A stretch of 64,000 bases of DNA from Actinomycetota bacterium (lineage in GTDB: Bacteria > Actinomycetota > UBA4738 > HRBIN12): contig JBBECT010000005.1 in NCBI GenBank assembly GCA_040881665.1, forward strand, positions 76,138 to 140,137, in the 5' to 3' direction. A program made the translations under genes and the position numbers. The notes under the pieces were generated by a model. The model worked only from the letters and a program-made list of their open reading frames with translations. It searched no databases and was not told the origin of the DNA. Positions 18,168-31,586 of this stretch are shown one piece after another. Every line of letters starts with the position of its first letter. The stretch's first letter is position 1.

Positions 18168-19451
18168 TCAGGAGCGCATCAGCTGGGTCAGCCGGGGCAC
18201 GATCCCGACCCCGCGGACCTCACCCAGGGACCCGTCGCGGCACGAAGTCTCACCGAACGCCGGAGATCCGTCGGGCCGCACGGGACCCCCGCTCACCAGC
18301 AACGGGACCGGCTCGGCCGTGTGTGCCTTCCGAACGCACGAGGTTGAGTGGTCGGCGGTGACGGCGATGATCGTGCGGTCGATGTCGAGCTGCGGCAGGA
18401 GCTCCCCGAAGAAGGCGCGGTCGATCGTCGAGATCACGTCGCGCTTGTCGTCCCATCGCCCGTCGTGGGCGGGAACGTCGGGCCCCTTGATGTGCACGTA
18501 GAGGGCATCGAACCCGTTCAGCGCCTCCACGGCCAGCTCCGCCCACTTCACGTACTCGGCGTCGGCCGCCCGCCCGGGAGCGTCGACCTTCAACCGCGGA
18601 GCGGCGACCGGCACCATCCCGAGCATCTTCGCGATCCCCCGCTCGACCGGCATCTCGACGAAGCAACCCCACGTCGGTCCGAAGCGGTCCTTGATCCGCT
18701 GGAGCTTCGGCAGGTGGTCGCCGGCGTCCCGCGTCAGGATCAGGTTGCCGGGCAGCTCGCCCGCGACCCGTCGCTCCCGATTCACCTCGGACGCGTCGAG
18801 GATCTTCGCGGCTCCCTCGACGAACCGGTTCGTCAGCTCTGCCGCGTGGTGCGCCGCCTCGGTCTCCTCGAGTGGCTCGCACCGAACCACCTCCGGCTCG
18901 AAGGTCTCGAGCGCGACGCCCAGGGAGCCGTCCTTGCGGTAGGCGGGGTCGGTGTTCGTCACCGCGGACGAGAGAGGTCCGTCGTCGGCCCGGATCACCA
19001 GGGCACCCCGATGTTCGACCGTCGCCTGCAGCTCGAACGACGCGTTCGGCAGGCGGAGCTTGCGATGGACCTCGAGGGCGAGCGCCTGAGACTCCTCCGA
19101 GGACAGGTCGCGGCCGACCCGCCGATCGACGATGCGCGGCCAGTCGGCGGTGGCGAAGTTGATCCGATAGGCGAGGTCCCCGTCACGGAACTCCATGTCC
19201 GATCCGACCGCCTCGACGACACCACGCCCGGGGTGCTCCTCGCGTGGGTCGTAGCCGAGGATCGCGAAGACAGCGATGTCGGACTCCGGGGCGATCCCTG
19301 GACCCACCGTCACGCACGAACCCGTGCGGCCTCGTCGCGCGAGGTCGTCCAGGAACGGGGTGTCGGCCTCCTCGAGCGGGGTGCGTCCGCCGAAAGCGGG
19401 CACGGGGTCATCCCCGAGTCCGTCGAGGCAGACATAGAGGAGTCGATACAC
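18168..19451 (-). CDS. apgM: 2,3-bisphosphoglycerate-independent phosphoglycerate mutase, archaeal type (ApgM family)
   Basis: 427 aa. Family motifs (LYVCLDGLGD, ADHST/TADHSTS, alkaline-phosphatase-like metal site). Sits immediately upstream of tpiA-pgk-gap. Confidence 0.75.
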   Translation of the reverse strand: MYRLLYVCLDGLGDDPVPAFGGRTPLEEADTPFLDDLARRGRTGSCVTVGPGIAPESDIAVFAILGYDPREEHPGRGVVEAVGSDMEFRDGDLAYRINFATADWPRIVDRRVGRDLSSEESQALALEVHRKLRLPNASFELQATVEHRGALVIRADDGPLSSAVTNTDPAYRKDGSLGVALETFEPEVVRCEPLEETEAAHHAAELTNRFVEGAAKILDASEVNRERRVAGELPGNLILTRDAGDHLPKLQRIKDRFGPTWGCFVEMPVERGIAKMLGMVPVAAPRLKVDAPGRAADAEYVKWAELAVEALNGFDALYVHIKGPDVPAHDGRWDDKRDVISTIDRAFFGELLPQLDIDRTIIAVTADHSTSCVRKAHTAEPVPLLVSGGPVRPDGSPAFGETSCRDGSLGEVRGVGIVPRLTQLMRS

Positions 19452-19460
19452 GTCGGGCTC

Positions 19461-20237
19461 CTATCGGTACTTCACGATCAGTGCGAACTCCTCGGGGTCG
19501 AGGCTCGCGCCGCCCACGAGGGCGCCGTCGATCTCCGGATGTGCCATGAAGTCCCGGACGTTGCCGGCCTTGACGCTGCCGCCGTACTGCACGCGTACGC
19601 TCGATCCGACCGTACCGCCGTAGAGGTCGGTCAGCACGGTGCGGATGTGGGAAACGACCGCGCCCGCGTCCGCCGGGGCGGCGTTCCGGCCGGTGCCGAT
19701 AGCCCAGATCGGTTCGTAGGCGACGACGAGCGAGGCGGCCTGCTCGGCGTCAACACCCTTCAGGTCGGCGCGGAGCTGTTCCCCCACCTTCTGCTCGGTT
19801 CCGCCCGCCTCGCGCTCGGAGAGCGACTCCCCCACGCACAGGATCGGCGTCATCAGATGCTTGAAGACGGCCCGGACCTTCTGGTTGACGAGCTCGTCGG
19901 TGTCGCCGAACAGGGCACGGCGCTCGGAGTGTCCCACGATCACGTAGGCGACCTTCAGGGCGGTGAGCATCGGCGGCGAGATCTCGCCGGTGAACGCTCC
20001 CTCGTCCTTCGGGTGGACGTTCTGTGCGCCGACCCGGTAGGAGAGCTTGTCGCTCTCGATCAGCGTTCCGACCGCACGCGTCGCGGTGAACGGGGGACAG
20101 ATCACGACCTCGACCTGTTCGGTGTCCTCGGCATCGAGCAGGTAGCTCAGCTTCTGGACGTCCCGGATCGCCTCGAGGTGGGTCTTGTGCATCTTCCAGT
20201 TCGCCGCGATGATCGGGCGCCGGTCGGGCTCAGCCAT
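19461..20237 (-). CDS. tpiA: Triosephosphate isomerase
   Basis: 258 aa. IAANWKMH, GHSERR and AYEPIWAIGTG motifs. Confidence 0.9.
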   Translation of the reverse strand: MAEPDRRPIIAANWKMHKTHLEAIRDVQKLSYLLDAEDTEQVEVVICPPFTATRAVGTLIESDKLSYRVGAQNVHPKDEGAFTGEISPPMLTALKVAYVIVGHSERRALFGDTDELVNQKVRAVFKHLMTPILCVGESLSEREAGGTEQKVGEQLRADLKGVDAEQAASLVVAYEPIWAIGTGRNAAPADAGAVVSHIRTVLTDLYGGTVGSSVRVQYGGSVKAGNVRDFMAHPEIDGALVGGASLDPEEFALIVKYR

Positions 20238-20240
20238 CTG

Positions 20241-22471
<2,231 letters not shown>

Positions 22472-22527
22472 CTATCCACGCCTTCCGGCAATCGTCCCGC
22501 GGCGATAGGAGGCGCCGGTCGGTGCGC

Positions 22528-23454
22528 CTAACCCCGGTCGACGTCTCGGTGGTCGACCGCGGTCGGCAGACCGCGCTCCCGGAAGGATCGGGCGAGTTCC
22601 TCGACCACGACGACGGAGCGGTGGCGGCCGCCGGTGCAGCCGACGGCGATCGTGAGATAGGACTTCCCCTCGGTCAGGTACCCGGGCAGCACGAGCTCGA
22701 CCAGATCCCACAGCCGCACGATGAAGTCCCGATACCGATCCTGGCCGGCCACGAATTCCTGGACCGCCGGCTCCAGGCCGGTCTGCGGACGCAACTCGTC
22801 GACCCAGTACGGGTTCGCCAGGAACCGGGCGTCGATCACGATGTCGGCGTCGCGCGGCGTCCCGTACTTGTAGCCGAAGGACACCAGCGACACCTGCAGG
22901 GACGTCTCGGGGAGATCGTCGGAGAACGCGCCCCGGATCCGATCGCGGAGCCCTTGCGGCTTCAGGCCGCTGGTATCGATGATCAGGTCGGCGTCGCCGC
23001 GCAGGGATTCCATCATCAAGCGTTCCTTGCGGATGCCCTCGACGACCCGGTCGGCGGGAGCCAACGGATGCCGCCGCCGCGTGGCCTCGTATCGGCGAAC
23101 GAGATCCTCGTCGGATGCCTCCAGGTAGCAGATCCGGTAGCCGATCTTGAGGGCCTTCAGCTCGTCCAGCGCTGTGGCGAGCTCCCCGAAGAACACGCCG
23201 CCTCGCGCGTCGACGACGATCGCGACACGGGCCGGGCCTCCCGGCCGGTCGGCGAGCTCCGCCATCTTGGCGAGCAGCTCCGGCGGGAGGTTGTCGACGA
23301 CGAACCAGCCGAGATCCTCGAAGCTGCGCGCCGCCTCGGACCGGCCGGCGCCGGACAGGCCGGTGATGATCGTGAACCCGGGACCCGTGTCCGGGGCTTC
23401 GAACAGCGGAGGTTGATCGGCGGGAGATTCGCCCTTCACAGCACGCTCGGCCAT
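22528..23454 (-). CDS. rapZ: RNase adapter protein RapZ (YvcJ family P-loop NTPase)
   Basis: 308 aa. ITGLSGAGRS Walker A and the C-terminal GCTGGRHRS motif. Start overlaps the uvrC stop. Confidence 0.8.
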   Translation of the reverse strand: MAERAVKGESPADQPPLFEAPDTGPGFTIITGLSGAGRSEAARSFEDLGWFVVDNLPPELLAKMAELADRPGGPARVAIVVDARGGVFFGELATALDELKALKIGYRICYLEASDEDLVRRYEATRRRHPLAPADRVVEGIRKERLMMESLRGDADLIIDTSGLKPQGLRDRIRGAFSDDLPETSLQVSLVSFGYKYGTPRDADIVIDARFLANPYWVDELRPQTGLEPAVQEFVAGQDRYRDFIVRLWDLVELVLPGYLTEGKSYLTIAVGCTGGRHRSVVVVEELARSFRERGLPTAVDHRDVDRG

Positions 23455-25346
23455 CAGGCGCTCTCCCTGCCGGCAGACGCGGGCGCGTGCAATCGCTCGA
23501 CGATCGTGGCGGCCAGCGCGGGGCCTACGCCTGGGGTGCCGGCGATCTCGTCGACGGAGGCCGCGCGGAGCCGCGTGAGCGACCCGAAGGTGCGGAGCAG
23601 AGCCTTTTTCCGTGTAGGACCGACGCCCGGGATCTCGTCCAGGGGTGAGACGAGCGCGCGCTTCGCGCGCTTCTGTCGGTGGTAACTGACGGCGAAGCGG
23701 TGCGCCTCGTCCCGGAGGTGCTGGAGCACGAAGAGCGCCTCGGAGCCCCGCGGGATCATCAACGGCTCAGGATCACCCGGCACGTAGACCTCCTCGAGTC
23801 GCTTCGCGAGGCCGATCACCGGGATCTCGAGGCGGAGGTCGGCGAGCACCTTCACCGCGACGCTGAGCTGCCCCCGGCCGCCGTCGACCACGACGAGCTG
23901 CGGAGGATAGGCGAAGCGCCGGGGTTTCCCATCGGCGTTCGATGGCTCGTCGCGCTGTTCGAGCAGCCGCCCGAACCTGCGGCGCAGCACCTCATCCATG
24001 CTCGCGAAGTCGTCTTGTCCCTCGACCTGCTTAATCGAGAATCGGCGGTAGTCCGAACGCTTCGGAAGACCGTCCTCGAACACCACCATCGACGCGACCG
24101 TGTCGGTCGGACCGAGGTTCGATATGTCGTAGCACTCGAGCCGGAGCGGCGCCTGCGGCAGGCCGAGCTCCTCCGCGAGCTGGGACAGGGCCCGGGAACG
24201 CGCACCGAAGTCCGAGGCGCGCTTCAGCTTGTGACGTTGGAACGCCTCGCCGGCGTTCCGCGTGACCGTCTCCATCAGTTTCCGTTTCGCACCGCGTTCG
24301 GGCACCCCGATCGTCACCGAGCTCCCACGCCGGTCGGCGAGCCACTGTTCGAGGACCTCTCGGTCCGCGGGGATCTCCGGCGCGAGCACGCGGGGCGGGA
24401 TGTCGTCCCGATCGCGGTACAGCTCTCCGAAGAACGAGGCGATCAATCCGGGGCGGTCGAGTTCCTCGACGCGATCGACGATCCAGCCCTTGCGGCCCAT
24501 CACGCGCCCACGCCGAACGAAGAACACCTGGAAGGCCGCTTCGAGGTCGTCCTCGACGAGCCCGATAACGTCGAGGTTCTCGTCCTGGGTGAGCACCATC
24601 TCCTGGTTCTCGATCGCCCGCCGGGCCGCCGTCAGCGCATCGCGCAGCTTCGCGGCGAGCTCGTACTCCTTGCGCTCGGACGCCTCCGCCATCTCGCGCT
24701 CGAGCCGTTGGAGCACCTCGCGATGGTTGCCCGTGAGGAAGTCGATCATCGCGTCGACGTCAGAGCGGTAGCGCTCGTCGGTGACCCCGGTCCGCTCAGG
24801 AACGCACGGACCCGAACAGCGACCGATGTCGTAGTAGAGGCAAGGCCGGCGGGCCCGCTCCCGCTGCTGGAAGAAGGCGTTCGAACACGTCCGAACCGGG
24901 AACACGCGAGTCAGACTGTCGAGGGTCTCGCGGATCGCGTACGCGTGACCGTACGGACCGAAGTACTTCACCTTCTTGCGCTTCGATCCACGCAGCACCT
25001 GCGCCCGGGGCCACCGCTCCCCGACGGTGATCGCGAGGTAGGGATAGGACTTGTCGTCGCGGTAGCGGATGTTGAACCGGGGAACATGCTCCTTGATCAG
25101 GTTGTACTCGAGCATGAGCGCGTCGAGCTCGGATCCCGCCACGATCCATTCCACGGAGGTGGCCGCCTCGGTCATCGCGGCGGTCCGTGGGTGCAAGGGC
25201 TTGCCCCAGTAGGAGGCCAGGCGCTTGCGGAGGGATCGCGCCTTGCCGGCGTAGACGACGCGCCCGTCACCGTCCCGGAAGAGGTAGGCACCCGGTTCGT
25301 CGGGGATCGTCGACGCGGCGGGTTTCGGGACGCTCACACGACCCAT
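23454..25346 (-). CDS. uvrC: Excinuclease ABC subunit C
   Basis: 630 aa. GIY-YIG N-terminus (GAYLFRDGDGRVVYAGKA), UvrBC-interaction region, and C-terminal HhH. Confidence 0.9.
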   Translation of the reverse strand: MGRVSVPKPAASTIPDEPGAYLFRDGDGRVVYAGKARSLRKRLASYWGKPLHPRTAAMTEAATSVEWIVAGSELDALMLEYNLIKEHVPRFNIRYRDDKSYPYLAITVGERWPRAQVLRGSKRKKVKYFGPYGHAYAIRETLDSLTRVFPVRTCSNAFFQQRERARRPCLYYDIGRCSGPCVPERTGVTDERYRSDVDAMIDFLTGNHREVLQRLEREMAEASERKEYELAAKLRDALTAARRAIENQEMVLTQDENLDVIGLVEDDLEAAFQVFFVRRGRVMGRKGWIVDRVEELDRPGLIASFFGELYRDRDDIPPRVLAPEIPADREVLEQWLADRRGSSVTIGVPERGAKRKLMETVTRNAGEAFQRHKLKRASDFGARSRALSQLAEELGLPQAPLRLECYDISNLGPTDTVASMVVFEDGLPKRSDYRRFSIKQVEGQDDFASMDEVLRRRFGRLLEQRDEPSNADGKPRRFAYPPQLVVVDGGRGQLSVAVKVLADLRLEIPVIGLAKRLEEVYVPGDPEPLMIPRGSEALFVLQHLRDEAHRFAVSYHRQKRAKRALVSPLDEIPGVGPTRKKALLRTFGSLTRLRAASVDEIAGTPGVGPALAATIVERLHAPASAGRESA

Positions 25347-25408
25347 CCTACCCAGCGGTTCCGCGATGCCCGGGGAGCGATCCCGGGGAGGGCGTTTCGG
25401 CGCTCGAG

Positions 25409-27079
25409 CTACGCGGCGGTCAGGGTTCCCGTCATCGTCGTCGGGTGGAAGGAACAGAGGTAGAAGTAGTCGCCGGGATCGAGGGGCTCGACGGAGACGT
25501 CCTCGCTGGCCGGGCCCGTGAGGTCGGCGCTGCTCGCGATCTCGGGCGCGGCGTCATCGGCCCCGTCGAACAGCTTCCAGTTGTGCGGAACACCCGGGTC
25601 CTGGTTGTCGAAGGTGACGGTGAGATCCTCTTTCGCCGCCGCAAGCAGGCTCGCCGTGTCGAACCCGGTCCCTATGGCTCCGGGTGGAGCGACGATCGTC
25701 AGCTCGGTCTCGGCCTGACCGGTCGGCTCCCCGGTGGGCTCGGCCGCCGCCGGTGGCCCCGTCGCTGTGGGGCTCGGATTCGCGAGGGCAAGCTCCGTCT
25801 CGTCCGCGTAGGTGCCGAGAACGAAGTTCTGATTCTCGCTGTCGTACCAGGTCGTATACACGACCGAGGCGTCGGGCGCGACCGCGATGTCGGGCATCGC
25901 GCCTCCGGCCGTGTTCGACGTCTGGACCTCCTCCCACGCCTCCCCGTCTGCCGACGATGCGACCTTGATGCCGGGGATCGCAGCGTCGAACCAGGTCACC
26001 CAGCTCGTCGCGTCGTCGTCGATCGCGATCCCGGTGGTGCGGAATCGGTCGACCTGCTCCACGTCGAGAGCCGGGGAGGGATCGGCCGGTGCTGCAACCT
26101 CGACGCGCGCCCAGGATCCGCTCGCCCATCGCGCCTCGTGAACCGCGCCGTCGCCCGTGAAGTACGAGACGCGAGTCTCGTCGCCGTTCACCGCGAGGGA
26201 GAGCCCATGACCTCCTCCCTGCGGCTCGATCGTCTGGAGCTCCCAGCCGCGCTCGCCTTGCACCGCCGACACCGGCTGCTCGGCCGCCGTGTCGGCGAAG
26301 GCGACCATCGGACCATCAAGGGTCCACTCGACCGCGACACGCTGCGGGTCGGGGCAGCCACCGCATGCACCCAGGTCCGCGACGGTCTCGAACCTCCAGC
26401 CGTCTCCGTCCTTGATCGCCGCTTCGATCGTCTGCCCGGCGCCCGTCGCGTCACCCCAGGCGATCCAGGGAACATCGTCGTCCCCGAGCGTGATCGCAGG
26501 CCATCCGATCGGTCCCGCCACCTTCGGCCTCTTCGCCAATCTCACGACGAGCTCGGCCTCCGAGGGCCCGGCGTCGGTCGTGGTGCCGTACCACAGCCCG
26601 CTGTCCGCAACCCACGCGGAGTGGATCGTCCCGTCGCCACCGACGACGACCGCGGTCCCCTGAGAGTTCTCCGGGGTCGCGGTCTGCAACGCCTTCTCGT
26701 AGACGGGTACGAAGGGGACCTTCACCCCGGAGGCGACCGGTGCGCCCTGCGCGATCGCGCCCCGGCTGAACAGACCCTCCTTGTCGCTGACGAGGAACAC
26801 GCCCGGCGGGGTGGGCGACTGGATCGGACGGGTCGCGGGGATGCCCCCCTCTTCGAGGACCTCGGGGAAGCCCCAGTAGGTGGCATACGGGGCGGCGTCG
26901 GCGTTCAGCGTGATCGACGGGTAGCTGCCCACGTCCCCGACGAAATCGACGACCTCGGGGATGAATCGGCGGCCCTCACCGAGGTCGATCGTCGGCTCCG
27001 ACGGTCCGGCGCACGCGCTCGCGACGACGGCGATCGAGGCTGCGAGAAGGAGGAGCTTGCTGGTCACGGCGAGGCGCAT
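25409..27079 (-). CDS. Lipoprotein with an N-terminal beta-rich (propeller-like) region and a C-terminal cupredoxin/type-1-copper-like domain
   Basis: About 556 aa from the internal ATG (MRLAVTSKLLLLAASIAVVASAC lipobox). The C-terminus has blue-copper ligand spacing (H...YLCSFHPTTM). Confidence 0.5.
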   Translation of the reverse strand: MRLAVTSKLLLLAASIAVVASACAGPSEPTIDLGEGRRFIPEVVDFVGDVGSYPSITLNADAAPYATYWGFPEVLEEGGIPATRPIQSPTPPGVFLVSDKEGLFSRGAIAQGAPVASGVKVPFVPVYEKALQTATPENSQGTAVVVGGDGTIHSAWVADSGLWYGTTTDAGPSEAELVVRLAKRPKVAGPIGWPAITLGDDDVPWIAWGDATGAGQTIEAAIKDGDGWRFETVADLGACGGCPDPQRVAVEWTLDGPMVAFADTAAEQPVSAVQGERGWELQTIEPQGGGHGLSLAVNGDETRVSYFTGDGAVHEARWASGSWARVEVAAPADPSPALDVEQVDRFRTTGIAIDDDATSWVTWFDAAIPGIKVASSADGEAWEEVQTSNTAGGAMPDIAVAPDASVVYTTWYDSENQNFVLGTYADETELALANPSPTATGPPAAAEPTGEPTGQAETELTIVAPPGAIGTGFDTASLLAAAKEDLTVTFDNQDPGVPHNWKLFDGADDAAPEIASSADLTGPASEDVSVEPLDPGDYFYLCSFHPTTMTGTLTAA

Positions 27080-27158
27080 CCTAGCAAGGTTCCGCCCGGG
27101 CAACCGCGATCGTAGGCACGTCCTCGGCAGCCGGATCGGCGTCACCGCCGCGCGTCGG

Positions 27159-30080
<2,922 letters not shown>

Positions 30081-30110
30081 GCCGCGATTGTACGGGCGTG
30101 CGCGGATACT
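30081..30110 (-). promoter_or_regulatory. Putative leaderless promoter of uvrA: -10 TACAAT, 6 nt upstream of the GTG
   Basis: Read directly on the minus strand: ...CGCCCG TACAAT CGCGGC GTG GGC AAG.... Same architecture as uvrB. Confidence 0.35.
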
Positions 30111-30138
30111 CCCGTGCGCCGGGGTAGGCTCGGCGTGG

Positions 30139-30462
30139 ATGACCACCCGATCAGAGCTCGAGCAGCTGCCCCCGGACGAGCTTGCCGACCGGGCCCTCTC
30201 CCTGGCACGGCATCGCCTCGACGTCCGGTTCCTCTGGGGCTTGGTTCGCACGATCCCGGAAGCGGAAGTCGCCGCCGGGAACATGGAGGAGAGCAAGGCC
30301 GACGTGATGTGGCTGTCCGCGCTGCTCAACGATCTCGGCCGCGCGGACGAGGGCGACCTGGCCGAGGCGCTCCGCCCCTACTACCTCGACTATCTCGACA
30401 AGCACGAGAAGGTGCCACCCGCTTCGCCCGGGACCGACCCGAACGATCCCGCCGCGGACTGA
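30139..30462 (+). CDS. Hypothetical cytoplasmic protein (107 aa), divergent from uvrA
   Basis: Internal ATG ([14 protein letters not shown]...) of ORF 29887..30462. Acidic and helical. No recognised family. Ends 16 nt from the convergent amidohydrolase stop. Confidence 0.4.
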   Translation: MTTRSELEQLPPDELADRALSLARHRLDVRFLWGLVRTIPEAEVAAGNMEESKADVMWLSALLNDLGRADEGDLAEALRPYYLDYLDKHEKVPPASPGTDPNDPAAD

Positions 30463-30478
30463 ACCGGCGCACCGAAAG

Positions 30479-31534
30479 CTAGACCCGAGGTCGTTCCCTG
30501 CGCAGGATCACTCGGCCCGCGCGCACGACGAGCGTGAGTTCGGCGAGTGCTTCGAGCCGCTCCCCCGGGTGGGTCGCCATCGCGATCAGGTCCGCCGGAG
30601 CGCCGACCTCGAGCGGACTGCGAACCATCGCCCCGAGGACGTCGTCGTGATCCATCCCCGTTTCCCGCAGCAGCAGTGCCTCCCGGACATCGATCCCCGG
30701 GGGCAGACCCCACTCGGGTGGGCCCATGTCGGTGCCGTAGACGATCGAACCGCCCGCCTCTCGGAACCGTGCGAGATTGTCGAGTGCGATCCGCACAGCG
30801 TCGTTCCCATGGTGGATCCGGATCAGATCGAGTGTCGAGACGATCCGAACACGCCCGGCGAGGGCTCCGACGATCTGTTCGGACAGGCGCTCGGAGAACG
30901 GCGCGTGCGCGAGCTCCTGGACCCCCGCTCCGAGTGCACGCTCCACCTGCCCGGCGCCCTGTGCGTGAACGGTCACGGGGATGTTCGCGTCCGCCGCGAC
31001 GCGGCAGATCTCGGCGAGCTCCGCGTCACCGGGAGTGGGCCCGTCGACGGCGTTGAGCGAGACCTTGATCGCGGCGGCGCCCTGCGACAGCAACACCGAG
31101 ACGGCTCGCCCGGCCTCGTCGGCATCCGCCACGGCGTGCGCGTACCCCGGTGGCGCGTACGACTCACGGGTGGGATAGCCGCCGGGGGCGGTCAGGAACG
31201 GACCCGCCGCACGGATCAACGGTCCGTTGTAGGTCACGAGCTCGGATGCCTCGGTCAGTCCGAAGATCCGGTCGGCGGGCCACCCGAGGTCGCGGACCGC
31301 CGTCACCCCACCGAGCAGGACCGCGGTGGGATCGGCGAGACCGATGTGGACGTGCCGGTCTGCGATCGCCGGCATCAGCACGCCGTCGACGCGGACGACA
31401 TCTCGGGCGTCGGGTGCGGCGGCGGTCGGGCCCACGTATGTGAGCGAGCCCGCCGACGCGGTGATCGCGGCGTGGTGGATCGTCTCTCCCGGCCGGATCC
31501 ATGCCGAGGCAGCTCGAACGAGGAGGTCTTCCAT
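30479..31534 (-). CDS. Amidohydrolase-family metal-dependent hydrolase
   Basis: About 351 aa from the internal ATG (MEDLLVRAASAW...). HVHIG metal-binding motif and an amidohydrolase C-terminal region. Confidence 0.6.
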   Translation of the reverse strand: MEDLLVRAASAWIRPGETIHHAAITASAGSLTYVGPTAAAPDARDVVRVDGVLMPAIADRHVHIGLADPTAVLLGGVTAVRDLGWPADRIFGLTEASELVTYNGPLIRAAGPFLTAPGGYPTRESYAPPGYAHAVADADEAGRAVSVLLSQGAAAIKVSLNAVDGPTPGDAELAEICRVAADANIPVTVHAQGAGQVERALGAGVQELAHAPFSERLSEQIVGALAGRVRIVSTLDLIRIHHGNDAVRIALDNLARFREAGGSIVYGTDMGPPEWGLPPGIDVREALLLRETGMDHDDVLGAMVRSPLEVGAPADLIAMATHPGERLEALAELTLVVRAGRVILRRERPRV

Positions 31535-31586
31535 CCGCCAGACGCTAGTGGGGGGACCGGCGGGACGGGGGATTTGCCCGCGTGGG

